A DNA stretch of 64,000 nt, taken from positions 1,600,001 through 1,664,000 of the forward strand of contig OY781066.1 in the NCBI GenBank assembly GCA_963676395.1, written 5' to 3'. Position 1 is the first letter of the stretch; every line of letters starts with the position of its first letter. Positions 27,984 through 37,148 of the stretch are shown here, piece after piece. The position numbers and the translations under genes are program-made. This DNA is from a bacterium (GTDB taxonomy: Bacteria > Fidelibacterota > Fidelibacteria > Fidelibacterales > Fidelibacteraceae). Under the pieces are notes generated by a model that saw only the letters and a program-made list of their open reading frames with translations, was not told where the DNA came from and ran no database searches.

Positions 27984-29798
27984 TCAGTTATTATATAATT
28001 TTTTGATCTCTTGACTATATTGATTGATGATCACGTTTCGTTTGATCTTTAAACTTGCGGTCAGCTCACCTGTTTCAATGGTGAAGGGATGTGAAGCAAT
28101 ATGGAAATACTTAACCTGTTCATAGCGGGCAAGATCCTCTTGGTGTTTATCGAGTTCTTTCTGGAGCAGTTCTTTTACTTCTTGATATACCAACAGATCT
28201 TTGTATTCTTTAATTTTTAACTCGGGTGCCTCTTTTTTTGCCCATTTTTGTATTATCTCAAGTGAAGGCACGACAATGGCAACCAGGTATTTCCGCCTGT
28301 CACCGATCACAACAGCCTGTTCAATATATTTCGAAGAACAAATTTCTTTTTCGACGCCTGCCGGAGCGATGTTTTTTCCACCTGCCGTCACGATGAGATT
28401 TTTCTTTCGATCTGTGATCTTTAAAAAACCTTCCTGATCTATAAAACCGATATCACCGGTATGGAACCAACCATCTTGATCGATAGCTTTTTCGGTTTCT
28501 TCGGGATTGTTGTAGTAGCCTTTGGTCATATTGGGACCCTTCATCAGGATCTCACCATCATCGGTGATCTTGGTTTTTACATCGGGGTAAGCATGGCCGA
28601 CATAGCCAAATTTGATGTTATTCAAGGGGACACCGTGTGAGATGGGGCTCATTTCTGTCAGACCGTATCCTTCCTGAATTTGGATTCCCGCCATAAGGAA
28701 GAACTCACCGATCTCTGGTGCTAGGGGAGCTCCTCCGCATATACAACGACTGAATTCACCTCCAAAGATATCGGCAACTTTATTAAATACCAGTTTCTTT
28801 GCCATTGAAAATTTTATTGCCAGAGGTCCCAGAGGTTTATTGTTATATCTCAGGTATTTTTGTACCACGCGTTGACCGATATGCTGTGCCCAATTGAAAA
28901 TTTCCTGTTTGGCTTTTGGTCCGGCAAGAATGTTTTCGATCACGCCTGTATACACTTTTTCAAGAAGTCTGGGGACAGTTGTCATATAATGCGGTTTTAC
29001 TTCTTTTAGGTTATCCGGGACTTTTACAATGCTTTCTGCAAAGTAAAACTCAGCCCCGACCCAAGCCGCATATAGCGAACAATGTCTTTCAAAGCTATGT
29101 GATAAAGGCAAGAATGATAACCAACGTTTATGGTGCTTGAATTTTGTAAAATTTTCTGTTTGTTGGATATTAACTGCCATATTAAACTGAGAGATCATTA
29201 CACCTTTAGGATCACCGGATGTACCTGAAGTATAAATAATACTCCATAAATCGTCCGGCTTGATCTTGGCTGTGATTTCTTTCATTTTTACTTCGGAATG
29301 CAATTCATGGGAGCGCCCCAGCTCTTTCAATTCATCATAGTTCATAACCCAGCTTTCATCATAGTTTTTATTGTCAAGCATGACAACATATTTTAGATGC
29401 TTAAGCTTGTCTTTGATACTTACGATCTTGGTGAGTTGATCTCTGGTGCTGACGACAGCAACTTTAGCTTCAGAGTGATTGAGAATAAATTGTATTTGTT
29501 TTGGAATTGAGGTTTGGTATATAGGAACGGATACAAAATTAAAGTGGGAGCAAGTCCAATCAAAAAAACACCATTCGGGTGAATTTTCTGAGAGGATGGC
29601 TACCTTATCTTGTTTTTTTACACCAAGCGCCATCAGCCCAAAACCTAAGGAAGACAGCACATTCCAGAGATCCATATTGCTATGGCTTCTCCACTCACCG
29701 TCTTTTTTATAAAAATAAAGTTTACGATGTGCGTTTTTACTCAATGCATCAGCAAGAATACCGGGCATTGTTTTTATATAATCAATCGAATATCTGAT
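27984..29798 (-). CDS. Long-chain fatty acid-CoA ligase paralog 2 (probable ATC start, 604 aa)
   Basis: AGGAG-CTTAGA-ATC AGA TAT = (I/M)RYSIDYIKTMP; motifs intact. Confidence 0.9.
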   Translation of the reverse strand: MRYSIDYIKTMPGILADALSKNAHRKLYFYKKDGEWRSHSNMDLWNVLSSLGFGLMALGVKKQDKVAILSENSPEWCFFDWTCSHFNFVSVPIYQTSIPKQIQFILNHSEAKVAVVSTRDQLTKIVSIKDKLKHLKYVVMLDNKNYDESWVMNYDELKELGRSHELHSEVKMKEITAKIKPDDLWSIIYTSGTSGDPKGVMISQFNMAVNIQQTENFTKFKHHKRWLSFLPLSHSFERHCSLYAAWVGAEFYFAESIVKVPDNLKEVKPHYMTTVPRLLEKVYTGVIENILAGPKAKQEIFNWAQHIGQRVVQKYLRYNNKPLGPLAIKFSMAKKLVFNKVADIFGGEFSRCICGGAPLAPEIGEFFLMAGIQIQEGYGLTEMSPISHGVPLNNIKFGYVGHAYPDVKTKITDDGEILMKGPNMTKGYYNNPEETEKAIDQDGWFHTGDIGFIDQEGFLKITDRKKNLIVTAGGKNIAPAGVEKEICSSKYIEQAVVIGDRRKYLVAIVVPSLEIIQKWAKKEAPELKIKEYKDLLVYQEVKELLQKELDKHQEDLARYEQVKYFHIASHPFTIETGELTASLKIKRNVIINQYSQEIKKLYNN

Positions 29799-29822
29799 TC
29801 TAAGCTCCTGTGCGTTCGCTTA

Positions 29823-31640
29823 TCATTTTTCGTACATTTTGTCAATATCGTCTTTGTATTTTTCAAGAACGACATTGCGTTTTAGCTTTAAGCTTGCAGT
29901 GAGTTCTCCACCTTCGATTGTGAATGGTTGAGGGGCGATAAAGAAGTATTTGATCTGTTCGTAACGAGCGAGATCCTGCTGATGAGCGTCAAGTTCATCT
30001 TTAAGAAGATTTTTAACAATAACTGAATTTGCAACATCTTCATAGTTCTTGAATTCGATAGGTGGATCCTGCATTTTACCCCATTTAATAAACATATCAA
30101 CGGCAGGAACGATAATTGTAGTAAGGTACTTGCGTCTGTCACCCAGAACAAGAGCCGATTCAACGAATTTAGAAGCGGAAATTTCTCTTTCAACCGCTGC
30201 CGGAGCGATATTTTTACCACCGGCGGTTACGATAAGGTTTTTCTTTCTGTCGGTGATCTTTAAATAACCATCTTCATCAACAAAGCCGATATCACCGGTA
30301 TGGAACCAACCATCTTGATCGATAGCTTCGGCAGTTTCTTCGGGATTCTTATAATATTTTTCCATACGATTCGGGCCTTTGAGCAGAATTTCACCATCTT
30401 CGGCGATACGTGTTTCAACATCGGGAAGTGCTGGGCCGACCGTACCCCATTTTGTTTCAAGATGAGGTGGGTTTACGTGAGTGACGGGTGACATTTCCGT
30501 TAAGCCGTAGCCCTCAATAATATCAATACCGGCAGCTGTGAAGAATTCACCGACTTCTGCAGATAAGGGAGCACCGCCGCTGACGCATTGGATGAATTCT
30601 CCACCAAAAACACCTGCGATTTTTTTAAATACCAGTGCTTTTGAAATTGAATAGCGAAGAGCGACCAAACCTTTTGGCTTTAGGTTTTTTGAAAGGAATT
30701 TTGATACGACCTCATGAGCGGTACGTTGCGCTTGAGCAAAAATGTTTTGTTTAATGTGAGAGCCTAACGCAATTTGTTCTTGTACGCCGGCATATACTTT
30801 TTCAAGCAGGCGCGGTACGGTGGTCATGTATTGAGGTTTTACCTCTTTTAAATTCTCGGCTACTTTGGCAATACTTTCAGCAAAAAATATTTCGCCACCA
30901 ATCCATGTTGTAAATAAAGATGTTACGCGTTCAAAAGAATGCGACAAAGGTAAGAAGGATAGCCAGCGTTTATTGGGTTTAAATCCAATACCGCCTTGTG
31001 ATTGCTGAACATTTGCTGCCATATTGAACTGTGAAATCATAACACCCTTCGGGTCGCCAGAAGTACCTGAAGTATAAATGATAGAAAATAAATCTTCGGG
31101 TTTGATTTCTTTTATGATTTTTGTAAGAGTGGTCTTTGATGAAGCTTTCTTTTCTTCGCCTTTGGCGAGAAGTTCATCCCAGGTGATGATCCAATCTTCT
31201 TTGAGATCAGTTTTGTCTAACATGACCATGTATTTAAGGTCTTTAAGATTATCTTTGATCTCAATCACTTTTTCAGCTTGAGCTTTGCTGGAAGCGATCA
31301 CAACCTTTGATTCCGAGTGATTTAAGATATAATCAACCTGTTTGGGGATCGAGGTCATGTAAACAGGTACCGAAACAAAACCGAAGTGTGAACATGTCCA
31401 GTCGGTAATGTTCCATTCAGGTCGGTTTTCGGAGAGTATCGCGACTTTATCGCCTTTTTTCAATCCAAGTGCATGCAAACCGAAACCGGCTTTTTCTAGC
31501 GTGTTGTAAACGTCTTGGTAAGTGTAACTGATCCATGTATCATCCTTCTTGACATTAAGAAGTTTGCGATCTGTGCCACCCGTCATAGCGTCGGCAAAGA
31601 TAGCAGGCATGGTTTGGATATAATCCATTTGATAGTTCAT
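29823..31640 (-). CDS. Long-chain fatty acid-CoA ligase paralog 1
   Basis: AGGAGG-CACAC-ATG, MNYQMDYIQTMP; YTSGTSGDPKG, EGYGLTE, GWFHTGDIG. Confidence 0.93.
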   Translation of the reverse strand: MNYQMDYIQTMPAIFADAMTGGTDRKLLNVKKDDTWISYTYQDVYNTLEKAGFGLHALGLKKGDKVAILSENRPEWNITDWTCSHFGFVSVPVYMTSIPKQVDYILNHSESKVVIASSKAQAEKVIEIKDNLKDLKYMVMLDKTDLKEDWIITWDELLAKGEEKKASSKTTLTKIIKEIKPEDLFSIIYTSGTSGDPKGVMISQFNMAANVQQSQGGIGFKPNKRWLSFLPLSHSFERVTSLFTTWIGGEIFFAESIAKVAENLKEVKPQYMTTVPRLLEKVYAGVQEQIALGSHIKQNIFAQAQRTAHEVVSKFLSKNLKPKGLVALRYSISKALVFKKIAGVFGGEFIQCVSGGAPLSAEVGEFFTAAGIDIIEGYGLTEMSPVTHVNPPHLETKWGTVGPALPDVETRIAEDGEILLKGPNRMEKYYKNPEETAEAIDQDGWFHTGDIGFVDEDGYLKITDRKKNLIVTAGGKNIAPAAVEREISASKFVESALVLGDRRKYLTTIIVPAVDMFIKWGKMQDPPIEFKNYEDVANSVIVKNLLKDELDAHQQDLARYEQIKYFFIAPQPFTIEGGELTASLKLKRNVVLEKYKDDIDKMYEK

Positions 31641-31934
31641 GTGTGCCTCCTGTGTGTGTAGCCTGTTAAAGTATAAATTTCAAAAGAAAATGCAAAGGAA
31701 AAACAAGAGTGTGAGATACAAGACCTCGGATATGATACTTAAGGAGTTGGTGGCTTAGTTGTCGGTAAATAGTAGAAATTATATTCATCTTATATCTCTA
31801 GGGTAGCTCAAAGATTGTTTGACTGTGTACATCAATATTCTAAATTTTGGGGTCTTTTGTCAAAGGGATACTAAACTGAAAAAAGAGTATTAGTATGTCG
31901 AAATAATAAAAAAGTAAAAAATGAGATAAAATTA

Positions 31935-31963
31935 TTGACTAATTATCCTTAATGATGTATAAT
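31935..31963 (+). promoter_or_regulatory. Sigma70-type promoter for tRNA-Asp
   Basis: TTGACT-17 nt-TATAAT, 17 nt upstream of the tRNA. Confidence 0.85.
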
Positions 31964-31980
31964 TACGGGCTTTGATAATT

Positions 31981-32054
31981 GGGGCTGTAGTTCAACTGGT
32001 TAGAGCACCGGCCTGTCACGCCGGAAGTTGCGAGTTCGACTCTCGTCAGTCCCG
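31981..32054 (+). tRNA. tRNA-Asp (GTC); CCA not encoded
   Basis: GGGGCTG/CAGTCCC acceptor stem, D arm AGTTCAACTGGTTAGAGC, CCGGC-CTGTCAC-GCCGG anticodon arm, GCGAG-TTCGACT-CTCGT T arm. Confidence 0.97.
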
Positions 32055-32058
32055 CATT

Positions 32059-32087
32059 AAAACCGCCAATGGCGGTTTTTGCTTTTT
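32059..32087 (+). terminator. tRNA terminator
   Basis: AAAACCGCCA-A-TGGCGGTTTTTGCTTTTT. Confidence 0.85.
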
Positions 32088-32326
32088 CAGAAGAAAAAGC
32101 TTGAGGGGGAGCGCTGAGAGGGGGAGAAAGGGGCCTTGTCCCGCGAACCAAACCCCACACTGCATCGTCATCCTGAAACGATGGCCGGAGGACATCGGGG
32201 TTCAGGGTCTCTGCGAGCATTCGATTCTTCGTCATATTCAACTACTACAATATTTCCTACATATGAAGATATTTCTTTTATAAGTTGATGGGGCTTCGTA
32301 TGTTTGACAAACTAAGGGAGTTGATC

Positions 32327-33835
32327 ATGTATACGCGTAGAATCGCCATTATCACGACTATTGTATTACTCTTTATTACACATGCCTTTGCATCAATTCT
32401 TATCGAGAAGGGCAGTTACGGGGAAATATTCCCTGCCGAAAATGGGAACATGCATATTTTTATTAGAAATGATAATTCTTCCTACATTTTCTATTCTGGA
32501 GGTAGAGTTGTTAAAGAAATACCCCTCGGAGTGAGTGATAGTACAATTATATTTGAAACGGCAAGTTCTGATGGAGTCGGTGGTGTTTATGTACTGTATA
32601 ACAACACTGCAAATAAAACAATTTATGCTCAACGTTATAATTCTAGTGGAGAAGCGCTTTGGGATGCGCCGGGAAGCATTGTTTATACTTATCATTTTCC
32701 AAGAGTCTCCTCATTTTCAGTATTGGGACCGGACAGTAGCTTTGTTGTGGTTTATGATGATTATTTTCCAATTTATGTTACACCTGAAGCATATCTCTGG
32801 GCTATTTCACTTGATGGTGATGTCGTTCCTCACCCTGGTGGTAGATTTGAACACAGCTGGAATTTTGAGATGCATAGTGATCCATTTGAAGTTTATGTTA
32901 AACAAGCATTAGCTTCCAATATAGTCCCAATCTATGATTTTGAATATGATCCATGGAATCCTGATACTTCAAAATTAGGTGTTTTGGAGTTTGATTGTGA
33001 TGGCAATGGTTATTTATATGCAATGCGAATGCCATTAGAATCACATTTAAAAAGAGAGCTCCAACGATATGATAAACAATCAAACCCCTTGTGGGAAAAC
33101 CCTATTGTGTATTATGTGGAGGAATTATATAAAGCTTCTTCAGATCCTGATTATGAACGTCCTGGGATTATTGCCAATAATGATGGAAGTGTTATAATTT
33201 ATCCAACAAAATATTCAGAAGGTTGGAATTTTACTCGTATTGATTCATCAAAAGAATACGTATATAGTGATTTAAATCTAATTGGAGAGAGTGATCGAGT
33301 TAACACAGCGTTATCTTGTTCAGATGGAACGAATTTATTCTTAATAGAAGAATGGGATACCGGTAATCTGTCTTTAATAAAAGTTTCAATTGATGGAAAC
33401 ATTGAATTCTCTACTATACTTAGAAATGGATTTTGTAGATATGCAAGCATTATTGAGAATAAAGACAGTACTTTTTCAACAATAATGATAACTAGTACTG
33501 ATTCGATATTTGTTGACAAAATTACCCATACCGGAGAGATTCTAGTAGATATAGATGAAATTGACAATCCAACTCAATTCACCCTCTCCCAAAACTATCC
33601 CAACCCCTTCAACCCTACCACAATAATCAGCTATGATCTACCCGAATCTCAAAACATTACCCTTGAGATCTACGACATAAAAGGCCGTTTAGTTGAAACG
33701 CTATTCAGCGGATACAAAGAGGCCGGGCATTGGGACGTCACCTGGGATGCGAGTGATCAAAGTTCAGGTGTATACATCTATCGATTACAGTATGGCGACA
33801 AACACATGTCAAAGAAAATGTTGTTGATCAAGTAA
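32327..33835 (+). CDS. Secreted beta-rich protein with C-terminal T9SS-type-A-like sorting domain
   Basis: SD AGGGAG, signal peptide; YAQRYNSSGEALW-type repeats; LSQNYPNPFNP...SGVYIYRL..KKMLLIK. Confidence 0.85.
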   Translation: MYTRRIAIITTIVLLFITHAFASILIEKGSYGEIFPAENGNMHIFIRNDNSSYIFYSGGRVVKEIPLGVSDSTIIFETASSDGVGGVYVLYNNTANKTIYAQRYNSSGEALWDAPGSIVYTYHFPRVSSFSVLGPDSSFVVVYDDYFPIYVTPEAYLWAISLDGDVVPHPGGRFEHSWNFEMHSDPFEVYVKQALASNIVPIYDFEYDPWNPDTSKLGVLEFDCDGNGYLYAMRMPLESHLKRELQRYDKQSNPLWENPIVYYVEELYKASSDPDYERPGIIANNDGSVIIYPTKYSEGWNFTRIDSSKEYVYSDLNLIGESDRVNTALSCSDGTNLFLIEEWDTGNLSLIKVSIDGNIEFSTILRNGFCRYASIIENKDSTFSTIMITSTDSIFVDKITHTGEILVDIDEIDNPTQFTLSQNYPNPFNPTTIISYDLPESQNITLEIYDIKGRLVETLFSGYKEAGHWDVTWDASDQSSGVYIYRLQYGDKHMSKKMLLIK

Positions 33836-33880
33836 TTTTGACTCGGATCACCAAAAGAGTTCGGTGTGGCACCCGTTCTC

Positions 33881-33937
33881 TCCGCAGTAAAACCGCCATT
33901 GGCGGTTTTTGTTTTTGTACCCAAAAAACTTGAGGGC
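33881..33937 (+). repeat. Degenerate direct repeat of the tRNA-Asp 3' end + terminator (att-like)
   Basis: 32/36 identical to 32051..32086, followed by a shared AAAAA(G/A)CTTGAGGG. Confidence 0.75.
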
Positions 33938-34099
33938 GAGGGAGAAAAAAGGAACCGGATTCGTGATCCCAACTCTAAGCAGCCATTGACGAATTTCCGT
34001 TTGATAGTAGAACTAATACTTTTTAGCTTTTGAAAACTTGTGTATCTTTTGATTGCTATTATTGGTTTATGTTTTTGTTAAAGATTGGATAGGGTTGAT

Positions 34100-35449
34100 A
34101 TGATCAAAAATCGAAGAATCATGTTTATTACCATACTATGCATGGCAATAAGTACAACTCTTTGGGGTGAAAGCGAAAAATATGTCGGGATTTTTTACGC
34201 CTGCTGGGCAAATGAGTGTTTAAATACCACATACGGTAATGATGTATACATTATGGGAGAAACGCCTTACAGTCCATCTCCGGCTTGGAATTGGTGGGGG
34301 AAACCCCTGTACGCAGCTATGCATGGTGATCGCTCAATCAAGAATAATTATAAGATGTATTTTGATTCACCCAGTAATCCTAATAATGATTTGATCGATT
34401 GGCATGCCGAATTGCTTGATTCAGCCGGTGTCGATTATATCACACTGGATCTTACTAATGGAACCCAGACCAGGATCGTGAATGGTGCAAAGGCCATATG
34501 CAAGCGCTATCAGGAAAGAATGGCTCAAAACATGTCGACACCGCAGATCGTTTTCTGGGTGCAGGACAGCGTTTGCCTGCATACCGTGGAATCTGAAATA
34601 TTCGATGTGTACGACAATGATATCTTTTTTGAATATTTGGGTAAAAAACTGGTGAATGTCGCCGGTGGCAACGTCCAGCCTGCTATACCCAATGTGGGGA
34701 TCTTCAGTCGATATACCTGCCGCCGGATGTGGGGACTGAACACCTCGGGCAATTTCTGGCAGTTCAAGGTCAATACGGCCACCCCGCCGCCACCCTTCAT
34801 GTATAATGGTATGCCGGAACAAATGTGCGCTCCGGTAGCAACACAGGCAACTTATATGACCACGGATGGTATCAATCCTTATACCGGTGCCGTAGGTCGC
34901 CAGAATGGGGCATACTTCATCAAATATATGGATGCTGCAATTGCGGCCGATGTTAAATTTGTATTCATTCACTCGTGGAACGAGTGGTGTGCCCAGAACT
35001 TCGGTACGCAAAGTACCCCAGTTCTCACGGACCTTTGGAAAGAAGAATACAGCGCCGATATTGAACCGATGGACGGCGGACACGGCTGGCAATATTACAA
35101 TTTGATGTGCAAAAAGATCGCTGAATTTAAAAACGCATCAGTTGATATACATGAAGTATCTCAAATCGTAAATAAATTTCATATTAAACAAAATTACCCC
35201 AACCCCTTCAATCCAAGAACAGCTATCAGCTATGAGCTGTCAGTTATTAGCAATGTGGAGTTAGCAATCTATGATCTTGCAGGACAGAGAATAAAACAAT
35301 GGTCCTATCAAAATCAAGCTGCCGGTACTTACGAGCTCACCTGGAACGGCAAAAACCAGAACGGCAATCCGGTGTCAAGCGGTGTGTATATCTACCGCAT
35401 GGTGGCTGGTGACTTTGCTCAAAGCAAGAAGATGCTTCTGCTGAAATAA
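34100..35449 (+). CDS. Secreted glycoside-hydrolase-like protein (GH99/GH71-like TIM barrel) with FlgD-Ig/T9SS-like C-terminal domain
   Basis: WWGKP, HAELLDSAGVDYITLDLTN, IHSWNEW, YSADIEPM..GHG..YY; QNYPNPFNP..WNGKNQNG..SSGVYIYR. Confidence 0.75.
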   Translation: MIKNRRIMFITILCMAISTTLWGESEKYVGIFYACWANECLNTTYGNDVYIMGETPYSPSPAWNWWGKPLYAAMHGDRSIKNNYKMYFDSPSNPNNDLIDWHAELLDSAGVDYITLDLTNGTQTRIVNGAKAICKRYQERMAQNMSTPQIVFWVQDSVCLHTVESEIFDVYDNDIFFEYLGKKLVNVAGGNVQPAIPNVGIFSRYTCRRMWGLNTSGNFWQFKVNTATPPPPFMYNGMPEQMCAPVATQATYMTTDGINPYTGAVGRQNGAYFIKYMDAAIAADVKFVFIHSWNEWCAQNFGTQSTPVLTDLWKEEYSADIEPMDGGHGWQYYNLMCKKIAEFKNASVDIHEVSQIVNKFHIKQNYPNPFNPRTAISYELSVISNVELAIYDLAGQRIKQWSYQNQAAGTYELTWNGKNQNGNPVSSGVYIYRMVAGDFAQSKKMLLLK

Positions 35450-35569
35450 ATCACTTCCACTCAATTATAAACCTGAACGTACAAGGTGTTCTAAAAGACA
35501 TTCGCCTTCTTTTCGCAGCCCATCGGTTGACGGAATGTGTATTATTGGCGAAGAAGGGTCAATTTCGGT

Positions 35570-36010
35570 TTATTTATCAAGATGCCCTATAAGTCTCTTT
35601 AAGAGATCCTTTAGTTGTTCGATTTCTTCAACAGATAATACGTCCGGTATAAGGCCTTTGGAGAGCTTGACGGGTATTTCCGCGGCTTTTTTTTCTAATG
35701 CTCGTCCGGCCTTGCTAAGACGTACGTCCACGCGTCGTTCATCATTTTTGCTGCGTTCCCGGATCAGGAGTCCCTGGGCTTCCATGCGTTTCAGCAGAGG
35801 CGTTACCGTGTTGGTGTTCAGTAATAGTTTTTTAGAGATCGCATTGACGCTCATGCTGACATGTTCCCAAAGTACCATCAGAACAAGATATTGCGGATAG
35901 GTGATGCCCAGTTCGTCCAAATAGGGTTTGTAGCGACGAACAATTAGATGAGAACTGGCGTAAAGTGGAAAGCAGAGTTGATTTTCAAGTTTGAGCTGAT
36001 CGTAAGGCAT
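35570..36010 (-). CDS. ohrR: MarR-family organic hydroperoxide regulator
   Basis: LENQLCFPLY, ITYPQYLVLMVLWE, TPLLKRME, DER; in the ohr operon. Confidence 0.9.
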   Translation of the reverse strand: MPYDQLKLENQLCFPLYASSHLIVRRYKPYLDELGITYPQYLVLMVLWEHVSMSVNAISKKLLLNTNTVTPLLKRMEAQGLLIRERSKNDERRVDVRLSKAGRALEKKAAEIPVKLSKGLIPDVLSVEEIEQLKDLLKRLIGHLDK

Positions 36011-36023
36011 GGTATCTCCGCGA

Positions 36024-36497
36024 TTATAGGATTTTATGTTTGATCAAAAACTTCTCGATCTTTTCCGGCTTTGTTATGGGTGAAAAACGTTTAATCACCT
36101 CTCCATTTTTATCGACAAGAAACTTAGTGAAATTCCACTTAATGTCGCCACCTTTTTCTTTTTTCAAGAATTGATAAAGTGGGTGCGTTTCTGATCCGTT
36201 GACATCAATTTTTGCAAACATCGGAAAGGTAACACCGTAGTTTAGCACACAGCCTTCTGCAATGCTTTTCTCGTCGCCGGGTTCCTGGTCGGCGAACTGA
36301 TTACAGGGGAAACCCAAGATAACCAAGCCTTTGCCTTTGTGCTTTTCGTTGAGTGTTTCCAATCCGGCAAATTGCGGTGTAAACCCGCATTTACTGGCCG
36401 TATTGACGATCAACAGGGTTTTACCTTTGTAATCGGCAAGATCAATATCCTTGCCCTGCAGGGTTGTTGCGCCTATATCATAGATTGACTGTTTCAT
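36024..36497 (-). CDS. Glutathione peroxidase family (Cys type)
   Basis: [30 protein letters not shown]. Confidence 0.95.
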   Translation of the reverse strand: MKQSIYDIGATTLQGKDIDLADYKGKTLLIVNTASKCGFTPQFAGLETLNEKHKGKGLVILGFPCNQFADQEPGDEKSIAEGCVLNYGVTFPMFAKIDVNGSETHPLYQFLKKEKGGDIKWNFTKFLVDKNGEVIKRFSPITKPEKIEKFLIKHKIL

Positions 36498-36922
36498 TAT
36501 GCATTCCTTATAAGATTAGTTTCAACGGGGACATTCCCTTCGATTCCTTTTGAATAGGGACAGGTTTGATGAGCCTTTTCGATGAGCTCTAAGGCGGTTG
36601 TTTCCTCCACACCGGGTAATTCCACATCCAGTTTTACCGACAGATTAAAATTGCCTTCACCGCCGAAATCAAAATTGACATGAGCGGTAATGCTGCTTCC
36701 TTTGAGTTCAAGGCCCAACTTCTTTGCCACAAAGCTCAATGCTCCGTCAAAGCAGGCGGCATACCCGGCCGCGAACAACTGCTCGGGATTGGTGTAAAAT
36801 CCACCGCTTCCTCCCATTTTCTTAGGTGTGTGTGTTTCAAGATTCAATACACCGTCGTGGCTTTTTACTTCTCCGTTCCGTCCGCCTCTTGCTGTTACGT
36901 GAGCTGTATATAAAGTCTTCAT
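36497..36922 (-). CDS. ohr: Organic hydroperoxide resistance protein
   Basis: Start ATG 36922 (MKTLYTA..GGRNG); [23 protein letters not shown]. Confidence 0.93.
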   Translation of the reverse strand: MKTLYTAHVTARGGRNGEVKSHDGVLNLETHTPKKMGGSGGFYTNPEQLFAAGYAACFDGALSFVAKKLGLELKGSSITAHVNFDFGGEGNFNLSVKLDVELPGVEETTALELIEKAHQTCPYSKGIEGNVPVETNLIRNA

Positions 36923-36930
36923 GTTAATCC

Positions 36931-36996
36931 TTTCGTTTGCGATTGTATCGTGAACGATATAATAATACAACAAACATATTTATATCGCAAGCGATA
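36931..36996. promoter_or_regulatory. Probable OhrR operator boxes TATCG-N4-CGATA
   Basis: TATCGTGAACGATA (36946..36959), TATCGCAAGCGATA (36983..36996), degenerate TTTCGTTTGCGATT (36931..36944). Confidence 0.65.
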
Positions 36997-37148
36997 GTTT
37001 AAAAAAATGAAACCAGGAGTCAGAAGATGGAATGCCGAAGAGTGAAGTAGAGAGTAATTTATGGGCTTATGATCTAAAAGTGGTTTGCTTTATACTGGGG
37101 TTTTATTATTTTTATGAAAATATTTTAGAAGGATATGGGGTTATTTAT

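Noticed and set aside
31963..32283. ORFs overlapping tRNA-Asp
   Set aside because: Spurious translations of the tRNA and its terminator.
34421..35092. 223-aa - strand ORF
   Set aside because: Antisense shadow of the GC-richer glycoside-hydrolase-like gene.
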